Below, in pieces: positions 9,989-19,566 of a stretch of DNA of 64,000 bases. The notes under the pieces were generated by a model. That model was not told the origin of the DNA. It saw nothing but the letters and a program-made list of their open reading frames with translations, and made no database searches. Positions within the stretch are counted from its first letter, which is position 1. The number at the start of each line of letters is the position of its first letter. The DNA is taken from positions 2,048,001-2,112,000 of the forward strand of contig OY762911.1 of the NCBI GenBank assembly GCA_963666565.1. The letters run 5' to 3'. The position numbers and the translations under genes were made by a program. The DNA comes from Thermoanaerobaculia bacterium. Lineage in GTDB: Bacteria; Acidobacteriota; Thermoanaerobaculia; Multivoradales; Multivoraceae.

Positions 9989-10110
9989 CTGGGTGCGCGC
10001 GGGTCGTCTGACCCGCTGCCGCCGAACACTGGGTGCGCCGGGGTGCCATCCGTGCGCCCGATGACGAGCGCACGGATGGCTCGCGCGTGGCGCGGGCCGC
10101 GCCACCCGGG
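9989..10110 (+). repeat. REP copy followed by composite hairpin element
   Basis: REP variant at 9989-10017; element 10028-10110 homologous to 6241-6326. Confidence 0.75.
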
Positions 10111-10163
10111 TTCTCGCCAGTTTCCGAAGAAACGCGCCGCGAAGCGGCGGCCGTTGTGCCGCG

Positions 10164-10820
10164 CTACGGCGCGGCCTCGAATGCGGCGAGGAACTGGTGA
10201 TCGCCCCAGGCGATCCTCAACACCGCGCCCGGTTCGACCTCCAGGAACTCGATCGTCAGCTTCTCGGTCGGCTCGTCGGCCGTGGAGTGCTCGAGCGGCA
10301 CCTCGACGGCGTCGGCCGCCGGGGCGCGCTGACTGCCCCAGATGTCGGCGTCGCCGTTGAAGACGAGGTTCCAGCCGTCGGCGGTGCGCTTCGGCCACAG
10401 GCTGTAGACGCCCGGGTAGTCGGGGGAGGCGTTGCCTTGCGGCACGACGACTCCGCCGAAGGAGAGCGAGACGCCGGTGAGCAGCTTGAGCGCCCGGCCG
10501 CTGTTCCAGACGGCAACCTGGCCGGGTTCGAGATTCTCGAATGCGCGGTAGTCGTCGCTGTCCGCCAGGAGATCCGGATAGGAGATTCGGAGCTGCTTGC
10601 CGCCGAGTTCGAGTTCGGCGAGGTTGCCGTAGCGCAGGCGTCGCAACCGCTCGCGGCGGGCGGCGGCCCTGGCGGCGGCGTCGCCGTCGTCGGCCTGGGC
10701 GGTGGCCGGGGCGGGGTCGGAGCGGCTTGAGCCAGCCGGTTCCTGGGCGGTGATCGGCGCCGCTTCGAGGAGCAGGGCGGAAAGGAGGGCGAGGGCGGCG
10801 ATGGCGGTCGTCGTTCTCAC
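10164..10820 (-). CDS. Secreted DUF2911-like protein
   Basis: Signal peptide; ISY...W.SG..L..FGGVVVPQG..YSLW..W.LVFN...WGS...EKLTIEF...LRIAWG pattern. Confidence 0.65.
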   Translation of the reverse strand: MRTTTAIAALALLSALLLEAAPITAQEPAGSSRSDPAPATAQADDGDAAARAAARRERLRRLRYGNLAELELGGKQLRISYPDLLADSDDYRAFENLEPGQVAVWNSGRALKLLTGVSLSFGGVVVPQGNASPDYPGVYSLWPKRTADGWNLVFNGDADIWGSQRAPAADAVEVPLEHSTADEPTEKLTIEFLEVEPGAVLRIAWGDHQFLAAFEAAP

Positions 10821-10950
10821 GGCGAGCTCCGGTAGAGGTTGCGGAAGGAAGGGGCGGTCGTGGCCGCTCGGCGGAGCTTACAGGCCGGAGTGACCGCTTG
10901 CGGCTCGGCGGTAGACTCGGCGAAGGCGCTTGCCGCCCGGAGACCGCTCC

Positions 10951-13900
10951 ATGACGACGCCCGAACAGGATCCGCGGATCCGCCTCGCCGAAGACGCCAG
11001 CCCGCTCCGGTTCGTGACGGCGGCGTCGCTCTTCGACGGGCACGACGCGGCGATCCACATCATGCGGCGCATGATCCAGGACCGCGGGGCCGAGGTGATC
11101 CACCTGGGCCACAACCGCGGCGTCGACGAGATCGTCCGCGCCGCGGTGCAGGAGGACGCCGACGCCATCGCGGTCAGTTCCTACCAGGGAGGCCACATCG
11201 AGTTCTTCCGCTACATGATCGACCGGCTGGCGGAGGAGGGCAGGGAAGACGTTCTCGTGTTCGGCGGCGGCGGCGGCACGATCACGCCGGAGGAGATCGC
11301 GGAACTTGAGGCCTACGGCGTCGAGCGGATCTACCACCCCGACGACGGCCTGAAGATGGGTCTGCCGGCGATGATCGACGACGTCGTCGAGCGGGCGCAC
11401 GCGAAGCGCCGGCCGGCGGCCGCCGAGCCGCGGTTCCGGGCGCGGATGGCGGCGGATCCCGGCGGCGACATCGAGCTCTCGGGGCTGTTGTCGGCGATCG
11501 AGCGAGGCGCGCTGGACGAAGCCGAACTGCGCCGGCTACGCAAGGAGTGGCGCCTCGCCGGCGCCGGCGTGCCGGTCGTGGGCCTCACCGGCACCGGCGG
11601 CGCGGGCAAGAGCAGCGTCGCCGACGAACTGCTGAATCGCTTCCTCGATTCCATGCCGGAGGCCGCCTCTGAGATGCGGATCGCCCTGCTGGCGGTCGAC
11701 CCGACCCGGCGGCGCACTGGCGGCGCGTTGCTCGGCGACCGCATCCGCATGAACAGCCTGCGCAGCGACCGCGCCTTCATGCGCTCGATGGCGACCCGCC
11801 GGCAGCACCGCGCCACCAGCGAGGTGCTGGGCGACGCGATCGCCCTGCTCAAGGCGTCCGGGTTCTCCATGGTCCTCGTGGAGACCGCCGGCATCGGCCA
11901 GAGCGACAGCGAGATCGTCGACCTGGTGGACCTCTCGATCTACGTGATGACCTCGGACTACGGCGCGGCCAGCCAGCTCGAGAAGATCGACATGCTCGAC
12001 TTCGCCGACGTGATCGTGCTGAACAAGTTCGACCGGCGCGGCGGCCGGGACGCGCTGCGCGACATCCGCAAGCAGTGGCGTCGCAACCGCCTGGCCTTCC
12101 AGACCGCGGACGAGGACGTGCCGGTCTACCCGACGATCGCGAGCCAGTTCCAGGATCCCGGCGTCAACTGGATGTTCTGGAACGTCTGCCGGCTGCTGCA
12201 GGAGCGGCTCGACCTGGACGAGGAGGCGTGGACGCCGGAGATCGCACTGGACGAGCGCGAACCGAGCGCGGCGGCGCTGATCCCGGACAGCCGCAGCCGC
12301 TACCTCGCCGAGATCGCCGAGGCGAGCCGGGCCGCCGAGGCCGAGGCGGAGCGGCGCGCCGCCGCGGCGTCCAGGGCGCACGCCTGCTACCGGGCGCTGG
12401 CGGAACTCGACGACCCGGAGCTTCCCGAACCGCTCGCCGCGTACGCTGAGTCGGCGCTGGAGACGGCCCGCGGCGCCGGCGCCGAGTCGCCCGCTGGCGC
12501 AGGCGGGGAGACCGGCACGGGCGCGGCCGCCCGCGCCGCCACTCCCGACGTCGCCCGCGCCGCCGCGCCCTCCGGCACGGCCCCCGCCGCCGCTCTCGGC
12601 ACGACCGCCGACGAGACCCTCTTGCGCCTGCGCCGGAGCTACCAGCAGGCGCTGGCGGAAGTGGGCGCCGGCGCGGCGGCACTCCTCCGCGCCTGGCCGG
12701 CCCGCGCCGCGGCCGCGCGTGCGGACCGGTACAGCTACCCGGTCCGCGGCCGCGAGGTCACCGGCGACAACTACGTCACGACGCTCAGCCACCTGCGGAT
12801 GCCGAAGCTGGCCCTGCCCGAGTACTCGGACTGGGGCGACCTGCTGCGCTTCCTGCTGAAGCACAACCTGCCCGGCGCTTGGCCCTACACCGCCGGCGTT
12901 TACCCCTACCGTCGCCGCGGCGAGGAGCCGACGCGGATGTTCGCCGGCGAGGGGATCGCGGAGCGCACGAACCGACGGTTCCACTTCGTCTCGCGCGGCC
13001 AGCCCGCGAACCGCCTGTCCACCGCCTTCGACTCGGTCACCCTCTACGGCTCGGACCCCGGCGAGCGGCCCGACATCTGGGGCAAGGTCGGCAACTCGGG
13101 CGTCTCCATCGCCACGGTCGACGACATGAAGCGGCTTTACTCGGGCTTCGACCTGTGCGACCCCGCGACCTCCGTGTCGATGACGATCAACGGCCCGGCG
13201 CCGACCATCCTCGCCTTCTTCATGAACGCCGCCATCGACCAGCAGGTCGAACTGCACCTGCGCGAGACCGGCGGCTTGGAGCGGGCGCGGGCCGAGATCG
13301 ACCGGCTGTCAGGCGGCGACGTGCCGGTCTACCGCGGCGAACTGCCGGAGGAGAACGACGGCCTGGGACTGGCACTGCTTGGCATCTCGGGCGACCGGGT
13401 CGTCGAGCGCGAGGTCTACGAGCGCATCCGCGCCGACGCCCTGAGCCGGGTTCGGGGCACGGTGCAGGCCGACATCCTGAAGGAGGACCAAGCCCAGAAC
13501 ACATGCATCTTCTCGACCGAGTTCTCGTTGCGGACGATGGGCGACGTCCAGCAGTTCTTCATCGACGAGAACGTCCGCAACTACTACAGCGCCTCGGTCA
13601 GCGGCTACCACATCGCCGAAGCCGGCGCGAACCCGATCACGCAACTCGCGTTCACGCTCGCCAACGGCTTCACGATCGTCGAGTACTACCTCGCGCGCGG
13701 CATGGCGATCGACGACTTCGCTCCCAACCTGTCGTTCTTCTTCTCGAACGGGATGGACCCGGAGTACGCCGTGATCGGGCGGGTCGCCCGCCGCATCTGG
13801 GCGCGCGCGATGCGCGAGCGCTACGGCGCCTCGGCGCGCAGCCAGATGCTCAAGTACCACATCCAGACCTCCGGCCGTTCGCTGCACGCGCAGGAGATCC

Positions 13901-14556
13901 AGTTCAACGACATCCGCACCACGCTGCAGGCGCTCTACGGAATCCTCGACCGCTGCAACTCCCTGCACACGAACGCCTTCGACGAGGCGATCACGACCCC
14001 GACCGAGCAGTCCGTCCGGCGCGCGCTGGCGATCCAGTTGATCATCAACCGCGAGTTCGGCCTCAACCGGAGCGAGAACCCCTGGCAGGGCTCGTTCGCC
14101 CTCGACCAGTTGACCGACGCCGTGGAGGAGGCCGTCTACCTGGAGTTCGAGCGCCTGTCCGAGCGGGGCGGCGTGCTGGCGGCGATGGACACGATGTACC
14201 AGCGCTCGAAGATCCAGGACGAGAGCATGGAGTACGAGGCGAAGAAGCACGACGGCAGCCTGCCGGTGGTCGGCGTCAACACCTTCCTCGCCGAGGGGCA
14301 GGAGCACGCCGAGACGGTCGAGGCGGAACTCATCCGCTCGACCGACGAGGAGAAGCGGCAGCAGATCGAGAGTCTGGCCTCCTTCCACCGCCGGCACGCC
14401 GGCCACTCCGAGGCGTGTCTCGAACGCCTACAGGACGTCGCGCGGCGGCGGGGCAACGTCTTCGAGGAACTGATGGAGACGGTCAAGCACTGCTCGCTCG
14501 GCCAGATCTCGGACGCGCTCTACCGCGTCGGCGGCGAGTACCGGCGCAGCATGTAG
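10951..14556 (+). CDS. icmF: Fused B12-dependent isobutyryl-CoA mutase / MeaI GTPase
   Basis: N-terminal B12-binding FDGHDAAI; GTGGAGKSS, ETAGIGQ, NKFD GTPase motifs; mutase TRMFAGEG, GTVQADILKEDQ, KYHIQTSGRSLH; ends GGEYRRSM. Confidence 0.95.
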   Translation: MTTPEQDPRIRLAEDASPLRFVTAASLFDGHDAAIHIMRRMIQDRGAEVIHLGHNRGVDEIVRAAVQEDADAIAVSSYQGGHIEFFRYMIDRLAEEGREDVLVFGGGGGTITPEEIAELEAYGVERIYHPDDGLKMGLPAMIDDVVERAHAKRRPAAAEPRFRARMAADPGGDIELSGLLSAIERGALDEAELRRLRKEWRLAGAGVPVVGLTGTGGAGKSSVADELLNRFLDSMPEAASEMRIALLAVDPTRRRTGGALLGDRIRMNSLRSDRAFMRSMATRRQHRATSEVLGDAIALLKASGFSMVLVETAGIGQSDSEIVDLVDLSIYVMTSDYGAASQLEKIDMLDFADVIVLNKFDRRGGRDALRDIRKQWRRNRLAFQTADEDVPVYPTIASQFQDPGVNWMFWNVCRLLQERLDLDEEAWTPEIALDEREPSAAALIPDSRSRYLAEIAEASRAAEAEAERRAAAASRAHACYRALAELDDPELPEPLAAYAESALETARGAGAESPAGAGGETGTGAAARAATPDVARAAAPSGTAPAAALGTTADETLLRLRRSYQQALAEVGAGAAALLRAWPARAAAARADRYSYPVRGREVTGDNYVTTLSHLRMPKLALPEYSDWGDLLRFLLKHNLPGAWPYTAGVYPYRRRGEEPTRMFAGEGIAERTNRRFHFVSRGQPANRLSTAFDSVTLYGSDPGERPDIWGKVGNSGVSIATVDDMKRLYSGFDLCDPATSVSMTINGPAPTILAFFMNAAIDQQVELHLRETGGLERARAEIDRLSGGDVPVYRGELPEENDGLGLALLGISGDRVVEREVYERIRADALSRVRGTVQADILKEDQAQNTCIFSTEFSLRTMGDVQQFFIDENVRNYYSASVSGYHIAEAGANPITQLAFTLANGFTIVEYYLARGMAIDDFAPNLSFFFSNGMDPEYAVIGRVARRIWARAMRERYGASARSQMLKYHIQTSGRSLHAQEIQFNDIRTTLQALYGILDRCNSLHTNAFDEAITTPTEQSVRRALAIQLIINREFGLNRSENPWQGSFALDQLTDAVEEAVYLEFERLSERGGVLAAMDTMYQRSKIQDESMEYEAKKHDGSLPVVGVNTFLAEGQEHAETVEAELIRSTDEEKRQQIESLASFHRRHAGHSEACLERLQDVARRRGNVFEELMETVKHCSLGQISDALYRVGGEYRRSM

Positions 14557-14686
14557 CGCCGCCGACCGCCGCGCATGCCGGGTCCGTTGACGGCGAAGAA
14601 CTGCGGCATATCTGCGCTCGCCAATGCTCAGGCCGAGCTACCAGTCATGCGCCAGGTTCCAGCCAGCTCCAGCGAGTCGTAGTCCT

Positions 14687-15673
14687 TCATCGCCTGGCCC
14701 GAAGCGGCCTGAAGAACAACTCCAGTTCGTTGACCTTCTCCTTGCGGGGCAACCTGAGTGTTCCACTGTCCAGGATACTCCCGGTGACCTCGATCGCGTA
14801 GACGCCGAACACATCGTCGTCTTCGACGTCGATGTCAACCACACTGATCAAGAGCGTGTCGCCTTCGTAGACCTTCACGAGCGTGCCGGACCGACGGAAG
14901 TTGTACCGGCCTGACTTCCTGGATCGCTCGGGTGTTCGCCCCCGGACAAGCCGCTCGACGCAGGCCAGTTCTAGCCTGTACCGTCCTGAGGCCGCGTTCA
15001 ACATGGATTGCTGAATCGGTATCTCGTACCTTCGAGCCCTCTCGGCATCGGACAGCGGTGGGCTTGGCTTGCGCTTGCTGGCCTCATCCTTCGCTTCGAG
15101 CTCGGTGAGTTCCGTTTCGCGTAACGACACTTCGGCGGAGCTGAGTTGCAGCCTGCCTTCCGAGTACGCCTGCGTTTCGGACTTCAGTTGGTTCATCCGC
15201 GTGCGCTCGCTCTCGGTTAGTGGCAGCTTCGGCTTTGACAGCTCGTCCTTCTGGACGAGTGCCGACAGCTCGGCCTGGAGGCGCTCCACCCTTGCGGCGA
15301 TCTCCGCCAGACCGGTGCCGAGGTCGTCGACCAGCCCTTCCATCCTCAGGTCCTGGCGTTCCACGCGCACCTGGACGTCGGCCCCACTCAGGAAGTCCAT
15401 CGCGCTTTGGCCTGAAACGCTGAGAGCGCCAACGCCCAGGCCATGGGCGCGGCTGGTTGGCAGGAGGTCGGAAGCCGACTCGCAAGAAGGCGGATCGAGC
15501 GGCACCGGCTCTTGTTGCAGAGACCAGGCTGGACCGCCAGCGAGAACTCCAAGACTGACCGCGATGAGGAACCGCGCCGGATCGACCGACCGCCAAGCTG
15601 CGACTGCCGGAGCGCCCCGGTGGCGGCTCCGCACCCGCTGTCGCGCACTCTCTTTCCCCATTCTGGCGGTCAC
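14687..15673 (-). CDS. Secreted hypothetical protein: C2-like domain split by coiled coil (paralogue of 17995-19566)
   Basis: Signal-like FLIAVSLGVLAGGPAWS; DFLSGADVQVRV ... heptad-rich segment ... VYEGDTLLISVVDIDVEDDDVFG; GTG start overlaps upstream TGA. Confidence 0.7.
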   Translation of the reverse strand: MTARMGKESARQRVRSRHRGAPAVAAWRSVDPARFLIAVSLGVLAGGPAWSLQQEPVPLDPPSCESASDLLPTSRAHGLGVGALSVSGQSAMDFLSGADVQVRVERQDLRMEGLVDDLGTGLAEIAARVERLQAELSALVQKDELSKPKLPLTESERTRMNQLKSETQAYSEGRLQLSSAEVSLRETELTELEAKDEASKRKPSPPLSDAERARRYEIPIQQSMLNAASGRYRLELACVERLVRGRTPERSRKSGRYNFRRSGTLVKVYEGDTLLISVVDIDVEDDDVFGVYAIEVTGSILDSGTLRLPRKEKVNELELFFRPLRARR

Positions 15674-15804
15674 GACTCTTCTGTCTCCTCGGCCTTGAGC
15701 GGCGCCGAGATGCGGAGAACAGCGGCGCCGGTGTCGTCCGTTGTCTCAACCTCGCATCTGGTGGGCGTTGCATCGGCTGAGGCAAGGCTGATTGTCGATC
15801 CCAT
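15670..15804 (-). CDS. 44-aa micro-ORF or gene remnant (MGSTISLASADATPTRCEVETTDDTGAAVLRISAPLKAEETEES)
   Basis: Shares TGAAVLRISA with the C-terminus of 19563-22079 and ATPTxCEV with 22184-23749; TGA overlaps GTG of the next gene. Confidence 0.5.
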   Translation of the reverse strand: MGSTISLASADATPTRCEVETTDDTGAAVLRISAPLKAEETEES

Positions 15805-15830
15805 GGAGAGATCACTCTAACCTGAGAACG

Positions 15831-15860
15831 GGCTTGTAGTAGCGAGCAAGAACGTGTAGC
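15831..15860 (-). promoter_or_regulatory. Candidate operator/promoter motif, copy 1
   Basis: GGCTTGTAGT-N10-AACGTGTAGC; both 10-mers and the spacing are identical to 23894-23923. Confidence 0.6.
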
Positions 15861-15954
15861 TGGCCGATCGGCCTGGGTCGCTCAAGGGTCTCGTCCGGGA
15901 TCGTGACCTTCCCCCGGCGAAGCTAGGGGAACGCGTGCGCGGGGAACGGGTCGC

Positions 15955-17856
15955 CTACTGGCACGGAAACGCCGTGATGTCCGACTTCGTGGTGGCGGTC
16001 GCGCCCTGCGGGTTGCCGTGCGTCCAGCGGCTGCCGTCGGGTCCCGTAATCCACAGGTTGAAGTCCAGGGTCGTCACCGGCGCCACGAACGCCCAGCGGT
16101 GGCCGTTGACTTGGCAACCGTCGAGCACCTTGACGAGAACCTCGGGGTTGTTGCGGCCGAAGAACCACAGAATGCCGGCCTCGCTGGACCAGGCTTCGGC
16201 CTTGACCGGGCCCGACTCGCCCTCTTGCGTGACGTAGCACATGCTGACCTCGAAGCCGCCGTCGAAGCGGAGGGCCACGGTCGTGGGCGTGCAGGTGCCG
16301 ACGGGATCCTCGGCCGGTCCGGAATCCGGGTCCGGGTCGGGGTCCGGATCCGGATCGGGCGAAGGCGTTCGCGGGCGTCTGTCGGCGAAACCGTCCTTGA
16401 TCCAGTCGAACACCTTCGTGTTGGCCACGGTGCCGCGCACGTTCTCCGACGTGCGGCCGACCGCGTAGATCATCACGTCTTCGCCGGCGTGGGTCTCCAG
16501 GAACAGCGGGACCGTCGCCTCCTGCCGATATGCCGTGTGGCTGGTGCTCGTGGGAACGGCGCCGCCGCGGCCCGGCGTCCTGTCGCTGTTCGGATTGACC
16601 CGCGAACCGCTCCGGTGGCCCGGCCCGTTGGCGTAGCCCAGGATGGTGTAGGGAATGCCCCCCGAGTCGCCGCTCTCCGAGATCGTGCCGCCGCTGTCTA
16701 TGTCGTGAACCGTTCCCAGGATGCCGTTGTGCGGCTGGTTGCGGAACGACGCGGGCACCGAGCGGGGGCTGTAGCGCAGGTCGCCGAGCGGCCGCATCGG
16801 GTAGCCGGCGATCGTGAAGACGTGGCTGTGGTCCGCGGTCGCGAGGATCAGCGTCCTGTTGAGATTGACGCTCCGCTGCGCGGCGGCGATCGCTCGATCG
16901 AACATCCGGGTGTCGGTGAAGGCGCGATAGGCGTTCCCCTCGTGGTGCGCGTGGTCGATCCGTCCCCCTTCGACCATCAGGAAGTACGGCTTTCCCGTGG
17001 CGGCGAGAATCTGGATCGCCTTCCTCGTCATCTCCTCCAGGCTCGGCTCGCCGCTGTCCCGGTCCGTTTCGTACTCCAGATGACTCGACGCGAACAGGCC
17101 GATCGCGCGGCCGGAACCGCCCAGCGAGTTGAGTCCCTGCCGGTTCCAGACGTAGCGGTAGCCCCGCTCTCGCAGTTCGTTTCGCAGATCGCGGCCGTCC
17201 GATCGGCTCCCTGGAAGTCCCTCGTCGTCCGATGCGGAAGTGGGAAGGAAGTGCCGTCGGCCGCCTCCGAAGACGACGTGGAGGCCCTGTCCGAGGCGGT
17301 CGTTGTATCCGCCGCCGCCCGGCGTCATCTGCCTGGCGATCTCGTTCTCCAGGTTGCGGTCGTTGACGTGCCCGAAAACGGCCGCCGGCGTCGCGTGGGT
17401 GACCCGCGTCGTCGTCACGATGCCCACTGCGTAGCCCATCGATATGGCCAGTTCGCCGATGTTGGTCAGCCTCGCGCTGTTGCCGTTGCCGTTGAAGTCC
17501 GCGTACTCGGTGGCCGGGCCGTAGCCGATCACGCCCGTGTTCGTGTTGACGCCGGTCATCATCGCCGACATCGTGGCGGCGCTGTCGGGGGTGATGTAGT
17601 CGGCCGACGCCGTGCGCGAGATGGCGGTGTAGGGCATGCGGTCGAGCGCCAGTTGCCCGTCGACGCCGACCGTCGCGATGCGGGTGGACGTGACGGTCGA
17701 CACCCCCATGCCGTCGCCGACGAACAGGATGACGTTGTTCCTCTGCGCGGCCGCGGGCAGTGCCGCCGCCAGCAGGAGTGCGATGGTTGAGAGAGTGCTC
17801 AACGACGGGACGAGATTTCCGCGCACGCTTCCGATCTGCACGACACGACTCTTCAT
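15955..17856 (-). CDS. Secreted alkaline phosphatase with PD-repeat linker and C-terminal shared ~111-aa module
   Basis: ILFVGDGMG, PDSAAT (catalytic Ser), THATPA, MVEGGRIDHAHH, TADHSH, ETHAGEDV; GAAGGAGG RBS. Confidence 0.9.
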   Translation of the reverse strand: MKSRVVQIGSVRGNLVPSLSTLSTIALLLAAALPAAAQRNNVILFVGDGMGVSTVTSTRIATVGVDGQLALDRMPYTAISRTASADYITPDSAATMSAMMTGVNTNTGVIGYGPATEYADFNGNGNSARLTNIGELAISMGYAVGIVTTTRVTHATPAAVFGHVNDRNLENEIARQMTPGGGGYNDRLGQGLHVVFGGGRRHFLPTSASDDEGLPGSRSDGRDLRNELRERGYRYVWNRQGLNSLGGSGRAIGLFASSHLEYETDRDSGEPSLEEMTRKAIQILAATGKPYFLMVEGGRIDHAHHEGNAYRAFTDTRMFDRAIAAAQRSVNLNRTLILATADHSHVFTIAGYPMRPLGDLRYSPRSVPASFRNQPHNGILGTVHDIDSGGTISESGDSGGIPYTILGYANGPGHRSGSRVNPNSDRTPGRGGAVPTSTSHTAYRQEATVPLFLETHAGEDVMIYAVGRTSENVRGTVANTKVFDWIKDGFADRRPRTPSPDPDPDPDPDPDSGPAEDPVGTCTPTTVALRFDGGFEVSMCYVTQEGESGPVKAEAWSSEAGILWFFGRNNPEVLVKVLDGCQVNGHRWAFVAPVTTLDFNLWITGPDGSRWTHGNPQGATATTKSDITAFPCQ

Positions 17857-17994
17857 GGCCCAGACCCTCCTTCGTTGGTGCCCGGCCCCGGCAAGGGGCT
17901 TCATCGTCGGGATCGCGCCGCTCTTCAGCCGACCCGATGCCGACTCTTCCAACGATGGTAGTGGACTTGGCCTCAATCGGAGACTCGGCGGCCC

Positions 17995-19566
17995 CTACCG
18001 AAGAGCGCCGGGCCGGAACTTCAACTCCACGTACTCCACGTCCGTCATGCGGGCGCGGAGAACTCCCTCTTCAAGCGTCCGACGATCGAGGACGACCGTC
18101 GTCCTGCCGTAGAGGTCGTCGTACAAGACGTCCGCGTCCCAGACCTCGACGTCCAGTTCGTCTCCCTCGTAGACGGTGAGGATCTCGCGGTCGCCGAAGT
18201 TCACCACGGGACTCGACGTCTCCACCTTGCGCGTCCGAGCCGAGAGCAGGGCATCGAGCCGAGCCTGCTCCTCCTGCGCTTCGGCCCTCTCCTGCTGCAG
18301 GGTGCCGAGGTTCGCGGTCAGAGCCGTGAGGCGGACGGACTCCGACTCGGTCAGCGGGTCACCGGGAACGACTTCGCTTTCCGCCTTCCGCTCGGTCAGG
18401 TACTCAAGTTCGCGGCACATCGCGCACCGTGGGCAGGGATCCCGTTCGTCGAACGGGCTGCACGCCGCGCAGGCGGTCTCCGTGTAGACGGCGCACGAGT
18501 GCGACACTTCGGCATCGAGTTCCCGCAGCCGTGCCAACTGGGTGTCGCTGAGAGGATCGCCGACAGCGACCTTGCTGGCCGTGTCCCTGGCCTCGAGTAC
18601 TTCCAGTTCCGCCACGACCGCAGCTTGTTCCTCGGCCAACTCCGCCACCCTGCCGCCCAGCCAGTCCATAGCTCCCTGGATCTCGGGAACGTGCCGCCGG
18701 ACCTGCACGAACGGATCGGGGTCCGAACTGGAGTCCTGGCGGTGCTTCCTGACGCGCATGACGCCGACGGAAAGGATGTACGGCGCCCGGCGATCCGGGC
18801 TGGCCACGCCCGGGCCACACGCCTTCTCTCCCTCGGTCGCGGGGTGCAGAGTCGAAGCGTGAACCCATCCGCGAGTGATGGGATCGTCGCCCAGACGGGC
18901 CGAGGACGGTGCCGGATTCCGCGGCCCATGGTGTGCGGCATACAGCCAGCAGTTCCGCCTTTCGCGGACGTACACGAGTTGATCGTTGGAGGCTTGGAAG
19001 TCCATGGCGGCCGCGGCATGAGCCGGCGCTCGCCGGAAAGGCGCGCCCTCGCTCAGCATGCCGATGCGTAGCCATTCGTGGCGTTGTTTCAACTCCGCGG
19101 ACAAGCCGCTGGTGTCCAGCACGCTTCGGCAGCCGGGCAACTCGTCCCGAGCGAACCGCAGATGGACACGCTCGCCGAGGAACTCAAGGACGCCCGAGGC
19201 TTCGCTCTCGCCCCGGGAAAGTGCTTCGGGATCGGACGACGCTTCGATCCGGAAACGTGGCGTCCGGCCTCGTCTCGTTTCCTCGCCAGCGAAGAAAAAG
19301 GAGCAGCCGAACTGCGGAAACGATGCCGAGCCGTTGCCGATCCGGAACTGCTCGTGGTAGCCCGTCAGCGAGCCGCTGGCCGGGTCGAAGGCGATCACGG
19401 TGTCTCCGTCGTTACCCGGCACCACCTGCGCCCACGAGGGCGCCGCGAACGGCAGTGCCGAAGCGAAGAGGGCAAGGAACCCGCGCCAGACTGAACGGCC
19501 GTACTCGGAGCCAGTGAACGTGCTTGACGGCCGCGGTCGGTCGTGGTGGTTGTCCGGGAGTATCAG
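17995..19566 (-). CDS. Secreted multidomain protein: N-domain + SH3b-like + split C2-like domain with coiled-coil/Cys-rich insert
   Basis: Frame open upstream of the GTG at 19425 through signal-like WRGFLALFASALPFAAPSWA; start uncertain (CTG at 19566 proposed); TRGWVHASTL; DPDPFVQV ... LDVEVWDADVLYDDLYG. Confidence 0.65.
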   Translation of the reverse strand: MILPDNHHDRPRPSSTFTGSEYGRSVWRGFLALFASALPFAAPSWAQVVPGNDGDTVIAFDPASGSLTGYHEQFRIGNGSASFPQFGCSFFFAGEETRRGRTPRFRIEASSDPEALSRGESEASGVLEFLGERVHLRFARDELPGCRSVLDTSGLSAELKQRHEWLRIGMLSEGAPFRRAPAHAAAAMDFQASNDQLVYVRERRNCWLYAAHHGPRNPAPSSARLGDDPITRGWVHASTLHPATEGEKACGPGVASPDRRAPYILSVGVMRVRKHRQDSSSDPDPFVQVRRHVPEIQGAMDWLGGRVAELAEEQAAVVAELEVLEARDTASKVAVGDPLSDTQLARLRELDAEVSHSCAVYTETACAACSPFDERDPCPRCAMCRELEYLTERKAESEVVPGDPLTESESVRLTALTANLGTLQQERAEAQEEQARLDALLSARTRKVETSSPVVNFGDREILTVYEGDELDVEVWDADVLYDDLYGRTTVVLDRRTLEEGVLRARMTDVEYVELKFRPGALR

